64,000 bases of DNA, taken from positions 12,591,843 through 12,655,842 of the forward strand of contig OZ199838.1 of NCBI GenBank assembly GCA_964304625.1. The letters are read 5' to 3'. The notes under the pieces are model-generated. The model had not been told where the DNA came from, made no database searches, and saw nothing but the letters and a program-made list of their open reading frames with translations. Made by a program: the position numbers and the translations under genes. Of this stretch, positions 1 to 13,463 are shown in pieces; within the stretch, counting starts at the first letter, position 1, and the number at the start of each line of letters is the position of its first letter. The stretch is from Kudoa neothunni. Its lineage: Eukaryota > Animalia > Cnidaria.

Positions 1-199
1 CGATCAAAATTGAAAATAATTTTTGATAAATTTTAAGTCCAGTTACACCTTATCGTATGAAAAGAGGTGTGAGTCCAGTTTCAGTTGGGAAAGCGCTGAT
101 TAATCGAACCTTTATCGACATGTAATTTCAATAAAATCCAAAAAAGTTTAAAATATCATCTGGATAGCGCGATTTCAGGATATTAGAGGTTCGACTGTA
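1..199. mobile_element. Right end of a pogo/Tigger-like (Tc1/mariner superfamily) element
   Basis: Ends in TTAGAGGTTCGACTG-TA, the reverse complement of a TA-CAGTCGAACCTC type terminus. The other end is outside the window. Confidence 0.45.
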
Positions 200-571
200 T
201 TACATTCAAAAAAATTGTTGTAATCATTTTATTGGTTAATTCTGAGGATTAATACATCTTTTTAAATAATTCCAAGTATTCTTAATGAATAATATATTCA
301 CCCCCCACTAATCTTTAAAGTTTAGCCTATTAATTCAATATTGTTAGAAAGATATTAGAGAATTAAACTTGAAAGGGATCGATAAACACGCCCAAGTAGG
401 TATGTATAAGTGTCGCGCATGCCACTGAAATGAATATTGTCCGCGAAAATAACCCTACCGATCATGAAAAGGTTGCTTGGCAGAATTACGGCACAAAAAC
501 TTCGGGATGAATTTTCGCCAGTGATGCCAGGTGGGATTTGATTGTGAAGTGTTTCGTTATTCCTGTACTAC

Positions 572-1135
572 ATCTTTCCACATGAGAGCAAAAATCAAGG
601 TAGTGAACCAAATAGAATGAACTGAAGGTGATGGTGTAACGTAATTGGAACGCCTTTTTCAATGAGAGCTGCAATCGGGGTATAAATTTCTGAATAAAGA
701 GTCAAATCAATTTAACTACAGACCTACGCACGACCAATATACGTCACATATATTTTCATTGATTAAACAGCTGCAAACTGTACATAACAACGAATACGTT
801 AATACTACTAGCAGATCTCCTGCACCATTTCCATATAGAATAGATTCGTCTACGCAATAAGTTACAACGTATCTGGTGGGTTGGTAAAGCTGCAAATACC
901 GTCATTCTTTTTTAGTGTAAATAAATCTCGATAATGGGTTCATGTATTTGGATGTGAACTATGGTGAATAAATAAATCGAACCATCGATACAAAAAAAAT
1001 CAACTCATTTACTTGCAATAATGACCCCCCAAACAGCACTACAAATGCAATACATGTTATATCGCCATAGTTTTTCCTCACAAATTCATGACTAAAAATA
1101 GGAGGACTCTTTTTTTTGTTTGCTCGGACGGCCAT
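572..1135 (-). CDS. TRAM1: TRAM1/TRAM2-like translocating chain-associated membrane protein, exons 1-4 only, with two +1 frameshifts
   Basis: Exons 1135-1013, 958-900, 849-743, 689-572 give MAVRANKKKSPPIFSHEFVRKNYGDI...ESILYGNGAGDLL...KFIPRLQLSLKK...SSFYL, matching TRAM N-terminal motifs (KSPPVLSHEFV, YYYGIKDL, SAFYL). Exons 2 and 4 each carry one extra base. The downstream TLC-domain exons are not in the window. Confidence 0.8.
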
Positions 1136-1442
1136 CTTCTAAACTATCAATACTTGCGGTTGGTGTGACGTGGTAGGTGCGCTGCGAGCAATCATCAGTC
1201 GTGAACCAACCGACACCCGCTAACTATCAAATCAGAGTTTATTTTCGAATTTTAATGTATTCCTTGTGTTAGCCGCCTTAGAATATTTAGTATATTCTTA
1301 CTGAAATTATTTGGTAAAAGTTTTTGGCGAGATTTTATTAGAATAAGCTATAAACGACAATAGCCGGTGTTTCCTTAATTAACGCGCATGCCCCACTCGA
1401 CAATTTTAACGTTTTGTTTTATTTCGACAGTCAGTAGTTGCG

Positions 1443-2826
1443 ATGTCAATATCCAAATCTGCCAACAAATACAATAGGCAATCATGGGAAAATTCAGTAG
1501 ATAATCTAATTGTTAGTGATATTCTATATTTGCTTTGATAGGAATTCCCTATATTGTGTGAAACATGTTTAGGAGATAACCCGTATGTGAGAATGGTATA
1601 AGTGTTGTCATTTTTTGTGGAGTTAGTTTAATTATGTTTACATGTAGGTGAAGGATAAATTTGGAGCCGAATGCAATGTAACCAATCCTACTACCGATGA
1701 TTGAGTTTTGTGTTTGATTGCATTTTTTGACTGGTAGGTTTGTGAAAGACCGTACACCTCGTTCAAATGGTGTCCTGGAAAAAGAATGCGCCATAAAACA
1801 ACCGTCATCTGCCAAATCTGTGCTAAACTCAAAAATATTTGTCAAACGTGCCTTTTCGATCTCGAATATGGTATAGTGTTTTTGGTGAGAAGTGTGGGTT
1901 GTGAATTGATGTATGATTGCGTAGGTTTGCCCGTGGAAGTTAGAGATAAGGTTTTGGATATTAAAGACGATCTCCCACAAAGTGATGCCAATCGAGAGTA
2001 TTATCGACAGATTGTGGAGAAAAACGTATTTCGATTTCTGCTGCCATTCCACTCTTAACGCATTATTCGTTGACTCGTTTATTTTGATAGGTTGTCGATA
2101 AGGATGAAACTGCACTTGTGGGAGGAATGGTTGGCAAGGCTCGCAAAGACAATCAACTACTTCAACGAATCGCTCGCTCTGCTCCCTATTATAATCGTAA
2201 TCGACCTCATATCTGCTCATTCTGGGTGAAGGGGCAATGTAATCGGGGAGATTCCTGCCCCTACAGACATGAAATGCCGTCCGAATTCGACTCAAACTTT
2301 TCTCATAAAGCCGTCAGAGATCGTTACTACGGAGTCAACGATCCACTGGCTAGTAAAATTATGCAGAATGTGAATGCATTACCAAAACTTGAGCCCCCTA
2401 AAAACCGAGCTATCACCACCCTTTGCATTGCCGGAATCAATGTTTATGTCAATGAGACCGATATCTATAACCATTTCTATCAATATGGCCAAATTAAAAG
2501 AGTTTTTTATTACGGAAAAAAAGGAGGCCGCCTTCGTCACATTCAACGAAAGAAAAGATGCTGAACTGGCTGCCGACTCCAATTTCAATAAACTCACCAT
2601 TAACAATCAAAAGCTTCGTGTTATGTGGGCTAAAACTGCAAACCCCAATAAAAATGGAGATTGGACTACTAACGATATCGCTGCAAAAGACAAATCTGGC
2701 GTAGTTCAGTCTGACCCTCATTTCCCACATCCAAAAGCTATCACCAACCCAGATTCGGTGGTTTCACTTCCTAAAAATAGCTCCTACCCCTCACAAAATC
2801 CCAGCCAACTGGGTTCTAAAAAATAA
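1443..2826 (+). CDS. RBM22: Pre-mRNA splicing factor RBM22 (Cwc2/Slt11 family), with one +1 frameshift in the last exon
   Basis: Exons 1443-1496, 1542-1595, 1648-1677, 1738-1870, 1925-2025, 2091-2826 give [49 protein letters not shown] finger [25 protein letters not shown], and an RRM. The RRM is split between frames at the T6 run 2503-2508 or the A7 run 2516-2522. Confidence 0.95.
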
Positions 2827-3002
2827 TAACTATGTACATGGAACCGACTTTGTTGTTATAGAGTTTAATTAATTTATCATACTTGCTTTTATTTGTTCTA
2901 ATTTCCTCTCTAAGCCCACATGTGTATATTGTTGGGTGGGATAATATGCAGTTGAGTCTAATATGGCTGTAGTTTGTGCAGAAGATTAAACTGTATGCGT
3001 AT

Positions 3003-4404
3003 GAGGGTAGCACATTGTCTGATGTCGGACAAAATCATTCCGCAAACGGACGACATTAAATTGGAATAGAACAAACATAGTTAATGTGCCCCAGCGGACG
3101 TTAGGCAACGCGGAAATAATGCCAGCCCTAAGTGTTCCCATTATTTAGATAAAAATTCAGAATAATGAAATTTTAAAAAATCTACAGAAGTTTCCTGCTG
3201 AAAAGAATATTGGGTTAGTTGAGAACACAAATGCTGTCGATCTCCATCTCTGAGAGAACTTCTCACTCATTGAGTAGAGAGACTGCTTTTATAAACCTCA
3301 CACTATATTTAAACATGCTTTCAAACTTTCGCCCTTAGAAACTCTGAAGAATTCTTAATTGGTACAAATAATTTAAAATTTCATAAATGTCCAATTTTAA
3401 ACAGACTGATGAGTGTTGAACTGGTTATGAACCCTAAAGTTAAACATAGCATTGATTACAAGAACCAGTTGAAAGAGACGACTGCAGATTTTATTGTCGA
3501 TGATCACCATTCTTCGCGATATACAGACCGACTTGAATTAAAAGAAATATTTTATCCGAGAATGAAATATGGATCACTTTATCAAAATATTGATGTTTAT
3601 GAGGCATGGAGTGAAAGGGCGGCTATGTCAAGGTGTATTGAAATGATTCATTTGGAACATTCTTGACCGATCGAAGTAAACGAATATTCATTAAAATTCT
3701 TAGAGGGTTTATAACGTAAATTCGGTTCTAAATTAAAAACGGCACATGTGATTGCACCTGTCTTTCATTCTAATTATAAAAAGTTTGAATGTCAAAGCGT
3801 ATTGCACATAATGATGAAATTAAAAATGCAGTTATAGATATATTTACGAAATTTTAGATTTTTTCAAAATTAAACATTTAAATGCACAAGTTAATAATGC
3901 CTTCTCTGATTCCATTCTAAGTCAACCTAACCTTTGTCAAAATAGAAGACTCATGGATACTATTGATACTTTTTTACTATCGTCGATCATCACACGTATA
4001 GAGAAGTACGAAATTATCTAAACGAATCTGTTTCAAATATATATTATGATCCTCTAATTTATTACTCTCATTCTAGCCACCCCAACCTCAAACATCTTGC
4101 AAAGTCAATTTATTCTATCCCAATGAGTTTTGCGGAATGTAAAAGACATGCCTCATGGATTGGATTAATGTTGCGAAAAATCCGCAATCGTTTAAAGCCA
4201 TGTCATTTTAATAAGTTTTTTTTCTCAGAGATTATAACTTCTTTAAATCGTTATAATAGTTGTTGAACCAAATAAAATGTACGAATGTTTTTTAAACACG
4301 TTGCGCAAGCACAACTATTTCTATATGGATTATTTAGGGTCGGGCGCGGACAATTTTTTTAAAAAGAAAGTCGGACAAATTTTATTTAACGTGGTTCCAC
4401 CCTG
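3003..4404 (+). mobile_element. Decayed hAT (Ac-like) transposon
   Basis: hAT dimerisation-domain remnant at about 4075-4225 (HPNLKHLAKSIYSIPMSFAECKR...RNRLKP). Imperfect termini gagggtag / rc cagggtgg; flanks atgcgtat / attcttac (5/8, decayed TSD). Confidence 0.7.
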
Positions 4405-4650
4405 ATTCTTACACACATTGTAGGGGTTTGGGAAATTAAAAATAGTGATGACGTAAGCGCAGGCGACATTTAAATGAAATTTGTAGAGGTCATGAGCAAA
4501 AACATCCTAAAATTGCAATTTAAATCTACTCAATTTTTTTATCTAAATAATATATTCTATATCTCCAAAATTTACTATGATTAACCAAATTGATTATATT
4601 TTTCCATTATTTAGATAGAAGAGAGGGCGGGAGAAAACGAGTTAATAAAT

Positions 4651-4883
4651 GGCAGAGGCCATTGGCACGGTAAAATTAATCCTAAACGGATGTCCGCTTG
4701 CGCATTGAGATTTTTTAATCTCAGCAACTCCAATTTACAAGCTGGTTATAGGTTAAATTTTTTAGAGTCTGCTATATTTAATTATTTTTGGCCCACCGCT
4801 CCGTATTAGGAGCCGGGAATGATTAAATATGATCAAAACTAGCGTCACCTGAGTATTATTTACCGCGCCAATAGCCACTTCCT
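4651..4883. repeat. About 230-bp MITE family, copy 1 (copy 2 at about 14460-14619; matching right end at about 19005-19029)
   Basis: About 25-bp TIRs ggcagaggccattggcacggtaaa / tttaccgcgccaatagccacttcct. The internal sequence is clearly shared with 14460-14619. Confidence 0.65.
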
Positions 4884-4956
4884 TAATAATAAATAGAAAT
4901 ATGTGGCCATTTCGCATTCTTTATATTTTCTAAAAAAACTAGTCATATGTTAGTAT

Positions 4957-5514
4957 CAGGGCTGTCAGCGGGGTTTAAAAAAACCCATGGTCAAGAAAAA
5001 CGCTAGTTTAAAATACAACCAAAAAATAGAATCGTATCTATTAAAGTGTTGAACCTTCTGATCCAATAATTATGTCATTAGATATTAAATTTAAAATTAT
5101 CGTCGTATTATTGATTTTTGTTGGCGCGAAAATTCATTCATAATTAATGTCTAGTATAGATTAATATGCTCACCATTAATTACTTCATAACTCAAGATAT
5201 ATTTTGGAATAAAGTTAAAATTTTCTAATTATGCGCGGCAGAGATTGCTGAGTAATTATGTAATCGTGTCGCGTTCACCAATCTAATATGTTGTCGTTCA
5301 GTATCGTAAATGTTTAAACCCTACATGATATAATCTGAATAGGATGCATTATTAAAAATTTAAATATTAATGTCGGGCATGAGAAAATTTATGCTATTAT
5401 TCAATGTCTACAGATTTTCAATAAAACCTAGATTTTGTAAAAAACCCCCATGAACTCTAAGTAACCATAAAAACCCCATAATCTTGGGGAACGACCAAAG
5501 CATTGACAACCTTG
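4957..5514. mobile_element. hAT-type MITE
   Basis: TIRs cagggctgtca / tgacaaccttg; 8-bp TSD gttagtat / attagtat (7/8). Confidence 0.7.
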
Positions 5515-6160
5515 ATTAGTATACAATGTATCAATATTTGTTTGGTAATATGTTGATACGTTCAATTATAAGCTACATTAATGGCTACGACTCGACTCGA
5601 CTGGAATGAATATTATCATCATAACAAATTGAGTATTGCTGGGCTACGGCCTGGTAAAGAATCCATGTTCATTTACATGAGAATATCCTCACTAACTATT
5701 GGTTCATAGAACATAGCACTGTTTCTTTTATTAGTTAACTCAATAAATTATTTACACGATTCGTATACATCACCAAATATCCAACGCTGTTGGTTTTAAA
5801 ACAGACAATCTACGTTATACGTTATATTAGCCAACGCAGTCTCGTCCATTGGCCTACAACAGAGGTTCTCGACTAGTAGATAAATTAAGTGACATCAAAA
5901 TTAGATACGGGTAATTTTTGCGTAATGGGGTATGTGATGTATTTAAGGATTTCCAAGGAGTTTATTATTCATGGCTATTAAACTCAATTAAGATATTGAC
6001 ATAAATGCTTAAAATATTTTTAGGAATAAATATGTAACAAATACTTCTAAAACTATTATCAGCCTCCTTCTTACATGCCTCGTTTATTTTTTAGAGATGT
6101 AGCTTAATAATACTTAAACAATTACATAACCTTAAAGTAAACATGGATTAAGCTTCCAAA

Positions 6161-7925
6161 TTAACCCTTCCAGGACCAACCGATTTAAAAAACCGTGTGT
6201 GCTCAAGCGGGGTCTCGCGACACTCCAGTTAAAATAGAATTTAATTAAATCACATCAAACTCTTACGCTTCAAAGTAAACTTAATAGTGAACTGAATTAT
6301 GTTGCAAATATTATGCAATTTCTTTACTATCAATAAATATCGAAATTTTTTGGGTTTGGTAGATCACAAAGGTTACACTTGAATGAGCATACTATAAGTG
6401 ATCTGCTCAAAAAGTGTAGAAATTTTTAAAATATGGAATAAGTATCTAAAATTATAAATATTTGATTTATGTCCCTTCAAAATATTCGCCTTTCCAATCA
6501 ACGCACTTTTCCCAATTTTGGAAACATTGAGAAAAGTCTGTTTTTGAGGGAAAATAATTCTTTCGTCGCATTTTGTTTTATTTCCATAATAGATGAAAAT
6601 CTTTTTAGGTGAAATTTTATCTTTGGGAACAAAAAAAGTCACAGGGTGCCAAATCTGGATTATATGATGGATGTTGGAGTTGTTCAATATCAAATTTGGA
6701 TAAAAATCGTTGAATCTTAGTGTATGCATAAACAGGAGCGTTATCGTGATATAGAATCCAATTACCGCTGCCCCATATTTCGGGTCTCTTTCGGCGAATG
6801 GAGTCTCTAATCATTAATGCGGCGTAGAAAATTTAGATAATATTCACTAGTTACTGTTTGGTCCTCAGGTGCATATTCATGATGAACAGTTCCCATGGTG
6901 TCAAAAAATACAATGAGTAAAACCTTTATTTTACTTTTAGCTTGCCGCGCTTTTCTTGGTCTTGGGGATGGCGGAGTCTTCCACTCGGATGATCGCGACT
7001 TGGTTTCTGAGCTATAACCGTAAACCCACGTCTCATCGCCGATGATGATAGAGGACATTAGTTGGTCACATTCTGATATTCGTTGGAAGTGATTCCTTGA
7101 AATTTCAGAATGTTTATCTTACCGTTCTTTCGTAATGCAAACTTGGAACAAACTCGGCCACAATTCTTCTCATTCCAAAATCACCTGTTAAATTGCGTGA
7201 CATGACCCAAGTGAAATTCCAGTTTCTTCCCTAATTTCCCTGATGGTTAATCTTCTATCTGAATTAATTAAATTTTTTACAATTTCAATTAATTCAGTAT
7301 TTTTGCTCGATTAGGTTCTCCGATTGCGATCATTACTTTCAACAGAGATTCTTCTCTGTTGAAATCGTCGATACCACTCATAAACTCTAGATCGACTCAA
7401 AGACTCACTTAAAAATGTCATTTGAATCACATCGTATGTTTCCGTGCTGGTTATGCCATGTTGGACGCAAAACTTTATACAAATCCGCTGTTCAGGATTC
7501 CCAGACATTTGATCGCGCAACGTCGATTTGGATTGTAACTTTTAAAATGTGATAGAATTCTTTTAGTATTTTATCAATTTTTGTCTGATGTATAAACAAT
7601 ACTTATGAATATATTTTATAAAGTCTTGATAATTTTAATATAGTTTAAACACTTTTAATACTCGATATTAGTCTAATCTCGATACTTTTTGAACAGACCA
7701 CGTATACTTTGATGTGTGCATTTATAGTTTCAACCGATCAAAATATTGTGTTTCATTATGGAGTTAAAAAACAAGAGAAAAAAAGTTTCTTCCCCATATA
7801 TAAGCTTACGTGTTTTATGAGTATTCCAAAAATTTTAACATAAACGGAAGCCGACTTTTAGAGTTATGATCAAAATGACGTATCTTGGGGTCTCGGTAGA
7901 CCCCGCTTGGTCCCGTCAGGGTTAA
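6161..7925. mobile_element. Non-autonomous piggyBac-type element hosting a nested mariner
   Basis: TTAA-CCCT...AGGG-TTAA ends, with subterminal caagcggggtct repeats at both ends. Confidence 0.75.
6395..7704 (-). mobile_element. Full-length (1.3 kb) but inactivated mariner element
   Basis: TA-flanked TIRs (agtgatctgctcaaaaagt / rc cgtggtctgttcaaaaagt). Transposase fragments QRICIKFC..SRSRVYEWYRRF, IIGDETWVYGY, YHDNAP and HPSYNPDLAPCDFF are broken by stops and frameshifts. Confidence 0.9.
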
Positions 7926-8169
7926 GGGAGTGAATTTGAATTTTTCACCAGGCCGAGTGGGTAAATTTAATAAAATGGCCGAGAATCCCCGTTTAATGGA
8001 GTAAATGAGCAATTACTTCTTAGTCGAAAAAGTTAACAACGCAATAATGAGACTTTCGCGTATTAATGAAAATTATGTAATAATTTTTGAATATGTTCGC
8101 ATATTGATAAGATAATAACAATATTACAAATTAAGACTACTCCGAATAGAATTACCTCGAAAATTTGGC

Positions 8170-10373
8170 ACAGTTGTGCAGGGATATTACGCATTTTTTT
8201 GGGATAGACTTGAGTGCGTTTATAACCCTGCACTACTTAGTATCCAAGCGTTAGCGTATGCGCGACCACTTTTTCTGTTTTTTTATTTATTCTCTCGTTG
8301 CACTAATAATAACATTAATAGAGGGTTGTGAAAAATTTTCGTAATAATTTTGTTGTTCACAAAGTATTTTGAAAATAAATAAGGTAGTTTAAGGCAGAAT
8401 TATTATTTTTTTACTAGAAATTTGTTATTTCTCTTATTTTAAACGATGCATATTTTATTTGAACGAGGAAAGATTTAACTTTGTAATGCGTTCTAGCATT
8501 TCTGTGTCATGGACCTTGAAGAATTTCTTTATTTCTTTTAGATTTTCTATTTATTTGTTCATTTTTAGATCAACTCTCGAAGTAAACTCACGGAACTGTC
8601 CTCGACCTGCAGTTATAGATATGTTGTCTTTCTTGTCGTCCTCTATATCATTGGCTAATTTATTTTCCTATTTTATTGTACTCTGTAGACTACTTCATAT
8701 TTCTAGTTCTCGAAAATTCGAGCCATTCATTCTTATATTGAGTAGTTTGAATTTCTTTGTTCTGAGAGTTTTGCAATAAAATTTTAAGTCACTTGAAATA
8801 AAATTTGCAAATATTTTTGATTTTATTGATACAATTGTATTCAATGTGATGACTGATTTAACCTTCTAATGTACCAAAGATCGACTGCATTCCAATGAAT
8901 TTTTGGGTAAAAATTTACCCCAGATTTTTATTTCTCCATTCGAACCATAAAAATATTTGATTTCAGAAAATAAAAATAGGAACTATCCCAAAGCTACATT
9001 CAGCTGTAAAGCAACTAACATTCGAGTAGTAATCCTCATAATCCTACAAAAACTGTATTCGTTAAAATTCGCAATGACAATTTTTGATTTAAGATTAATG
9101 TTTGAGTAGATTTCACATTTATATCATGTAATAAATATTTTGATTATTATTTGCGCAACAAAATATAGCATTTAATGAGAATAAGATTTGCAAACATTCA
9201 GAATGAATTTTTCAACGGTGCTTCGTACATCGAAACAAACAATAGTGGGCTTCTCATCAATTTTCCGTAAACATCATTCTAACCTTGAAAATACAGCTTA
9301 TTCATTTGGTGTGCTGAGTTATAGTGGAATAGATAAGGTCGAGCTCTTAGGATTTTGGGTTTCATGGATGTTTCTTTCATTTAATGGAAAGATATATAAT
9401 TTTGCCATATTTTCAAAAAATTACTCCAAATCATATTATCCCCCAAGTGTTTCTGTATATATAAGCACATATATAAATAATAACTCCATTAAATAGAGAA
9501 ACAACACCATAGGCGGTGATTATTGATGGTGGATTGACCCGAATTTTCAAAGTTTTCAATCTCGTCAGATTCTCTCGACATATCGGTTGTAAAGTATTCA
9601 TAATCATTTTAAATACCAACAATGAAATCCATCTCCATCATCGCAATGATAAAATTAAAAAAGAAAGTCACGTGACATAAAGCTATTGGTAATAACCTTA
9701 TAACCTCTAATTTATACATCAGATAGACCTAAAATTTTATTTACGTAATAACAAATATTTTATCTATTAATTGGTGTGAATAAAATCAGGGGTAATTTTT
9801 TACCAAAAAAATTCATCAGAGTGTAAACTTATGACTTTTCTGATTTTATATTTTTAGCCATAATATTTTAAAATAATACATTTCTCATCTTTTTGGAAGA
9901 TTAGAAAAAACTCGTATCCTAAAAAGAGAAAATAAATCACGTATATAACCAAAAACTTATTGTTGGGATAAAAATTTACCTCAAATTCATTAATTCATTA
10001 GAGGGTTAAGGCCGGGCGCTTAACGATGTTCTCTTTAGAGCCACGTTTAGTTTCTAATTTTTCCAGTTATTTAATAATCTCCACGTTTTCTTCAAGTGAG
10101 CGATAATTTTTCTTATTTTCTTACTGCATACTAACCATGCTAATGTAGTCAAACAACAGATTTCAGGCGCGTAATAACCATTAAATGCGCAATAAGCATG
10201 CACTCATTTTTCCCACAGAGAAAATTATTTCTTAATTTTATAATTGTATTTATCGATATATTTTACTCTTTTCTCACGATTTATATCTATAGTTAATTTG
10301 CATATTTGAAATTTCGACATTATTTCCAAAAGTGCTCAATAACCATGCTACGTAATAACCTTGTGCTACTGTA
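8170..10373 (-). mobile_element. Decayed pogo/Tigger-like element hosting a nested piggyBac
   Basis: Imperfect TIRs cacagttgtgcagggatattacg / rc tacagtagcacaaggttattacg. CENP-B-HTH-like remnant (ITAGRGQFREFTSRVDLK) on the minus strand at about 8560-8730. Confidence 0.5.
8858..10009 (-). mobile_element. Internally deleted piggyBac-type element
   Basis: TTAA-ccttctaatg / cattagaggg-TTAA ends; GGGTAAAAATTTACCC subterminal palindrome; acidic N-terminal remnant on the minus strand. Confidence 0.7.
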
Positions 10374-10822
10374 TTACACAACACTCGATCTCGGTTATAT
10401 ATAGACAACAGAATTAAATTGTAATCAAACCATCAGTACCAGCAACTTAGAGATAAATATCGCAATTTCGATTAAAATCGATTTTAGTCGTTTAATTTGT
10501 TAAAAATAAATGTCGAAGCCCGCGATCCTTGCAAGTTTAGTTATTCCCTTTACGATCACACTGCAAATTTAGCCCAAAAGTTATAAAATTAAGCGAAATA
10601 CGAAATTAAGACGAATTTTTGAAATTATGTTCCTCCACAAAAAATGGCGCCGCGCCATAATGGAAACAGTGTAAACAACAATAGTCAAAAAAGGCATAAA
10701 TAAAAGACCAGCAACTTTTGAATCATTGAAAATAGTCAAGAGTCGTGTTTAAATCACACAAAACATTAATGAAAGAAACAACAATGTAAAACCAACGATA
10801 TATCCAAGCTAAATAATAGGCG

Positions 10823-11423
<601 letters not shown>

Positions 11424-11641
11424 CGTCGACAGCTACAGTTACAACGTGACGTTGAATCTTCGGCTGACGATGATAGCCGATATAAATTTCTACATTATTT
11501 CTCTTATTTTGTGTACATTAAGAAAATAACAATAAACATTTGGATGAAATAAGTACCTGCTATTAATATTTAATAAAAGTATCCAATGTACTCATTTATG
11601 CCTATCCCCGAATATTTGCGATCTTGCGCGATAAGTAAATT
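11424..11641. promoter_or_regulatory. Putative bidirectional promoter shared by RPS14 and SNRPC
   Basis: Head-to-head start codons only 218 nt apart. TRAM/RBM22 have the same arrangement, 307 nt apart. Confidence 0.6.
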
Positions 11642-12327
11642 ATGCCAAAGTTAGTTTGTGTTAGGTTTAAATTGTTAATTTTAGTTTAGATTTTTCTGTG
11701 ATTATTGTGAGGCTTTTCTAACACATGACTCGGTAATCTTTTACTACTGGATAGCTTTATGTTGTATATTTATTGTTGCATAGCCATCTGTCCGTAAAAC
11801 ACACAACAACGGCAAGAAACACAAGGATGCAGTAAGAATATACTATTCAAAGTTGATGGAAGAACATGCGCAAAAGTTGATTGACCAAACATGTATGAGT
11901 GAAGGAGTCTGCTGATGTCTAATTTTGAATTGTTATTGCTATAGTGAAAGATGCTGAAAGAGGTTCAAAGTCAATGCCATTTGCTCCTCCACAAATGATG
12001 CCTGGTATGGGTATGCCTCGAGGTGGTATGCGATTTCCTGTGCCTCCGGGTGGTATGCCTCCTGGCATGATGCCACCTATGCGACCTCCTGGAATGATGC
12101 CTCCCCCTCCATTCCATTTAAATCCCGGAATGATGCCACCTCAACATCCAGGCATGCCAGGTATGCCTCCAATGGTGCAGAGACCTTGGATCCCACCTCC
12201 AGGCGTGCAGGTTCAAGCACCTATGAATATTCCACCAAATATGTCTGCCGAGTCGGTTATGCCGAATAATAAACCTCCTGCAGATAATAACTCGGCTGAT
12301 CATGTGCCTGACTCGAGTATGCTCTAG
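11642..12327 (+). CDS. SNRPC: U1 snRNP protein C, intact
   Basis: Exons 11642-11649, 11690-11732, 11784-11892, 11945-12327 give [30 protein letters not shown] (matrin-type zinc finger) plus a Pro/Met/Gly-rich tail. Confidence 0.97.
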
Positions 12328-12779
12328 TCGATTGATTGGTCGCTCTCTTGTACTAATGCTCTACTATGACATCATGTGTGTAGATAATTACTTTTTTGAT
12401 TCAATTACATTTGACGAGTTTTGTGTTGGATTTTCGTGTTATTCTCCACATGGAAAAATTATTCATCAGAAAATGATAGTTTTCCATGGTATATATCGGT
12501 CAAACATACCACCTAAGATTATCGGATTCAGATTAAAGCTAAAATATTTTTGGGGTCTGTTAAACCCATACCATTAATGACCAGATTTCTCTGAGCACTT
12601 CTCTTAAAATTTCATTCCACCAAATTCCATAAAGTTTATGCAATCCCTGATTCTACTATTTGGCTTTGAATATATGGATACATTCTTTAATTTATTGATG
12701 AAACTAAATATTTTTGTATTATAACTAAAAATGTATTATTTAGGATTAACCATATAAAATATAAATTGAATTCAAAATT

Positions 12780-13463
12780 TCTCTAGCATATTGAGGACAT
12801 CATTAATATGGGACTTGTTCTGAAAAATGATACCAGATGTTTCAGTAGAGTTGGTATTGTTGACGGATACGAAAAGATAGAGTGTTATTTAGTTGAACTC
12901 GCTTATATTTACGAACGAATATGATGGATTATCATTTGACGCGAAGAGAAAGTTTGGAAATTTCTGAGTTGCATGTCATTTAAAAAAGTTCCACTCAATA
13001 ACTTTGACTCTGTAGAAAATTGATTTATCGTAGCACGTGCAAAATATTTATTTGACCAAGTTATTAAAACATATCCAATGTTGTATGAATCTCTGCGTAA
13101 AAATACAAATATTATACATTCAAAAAATGTTGGAAACTGCTCTTTCAACATTCGAGAGGATAGAATTGATGAATTAATTTCTAAGGGAAACACGTGTTCA
13201 GTCTAAAATTGCCCCAATAAATTTAAATGGAAGAAACTGCGACTCTTATTGGATCCAATTATTTTACTTTTGATGTCCAATGAAAACGAACATTGGAAAA
13301 AATAATCGAAATTCCTCATTGTATAAGCACAAGATTTATCCTATCTTCCTCCAATATGGTTGGAAGATTATTCAGCTACGCTGTTTGTATCTTTGACAAC
13401 CTCCGCCAAAATTATCCCTCCGTAAATCTAGAAACGCAAATATTCCTAAAAGAAAATAAATGA
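12780..13463 (+). mobile_element. hAT transposase fossil
   Basis: NDTRCFS (cf. N.TRWSS), ARAKYLFDQVIKTYP..IIHSK, and dimerisation-domain remnant FILSSSNMVGRLFSYA...NLETQIFLKEN. Multiple stops; ends not defined. Confidence 0.6.

Noticed and set aside
1549-2295. 248-aa minus-strand ORF
   Set aside because: Antisense shadow of RBM22 exons and introns, with no recognisable domain.
2118-2826. Two overlapping ORFs as separate genes
   Set aside because: They are two halves of the RBM22 last exon separated by a single-base shift.
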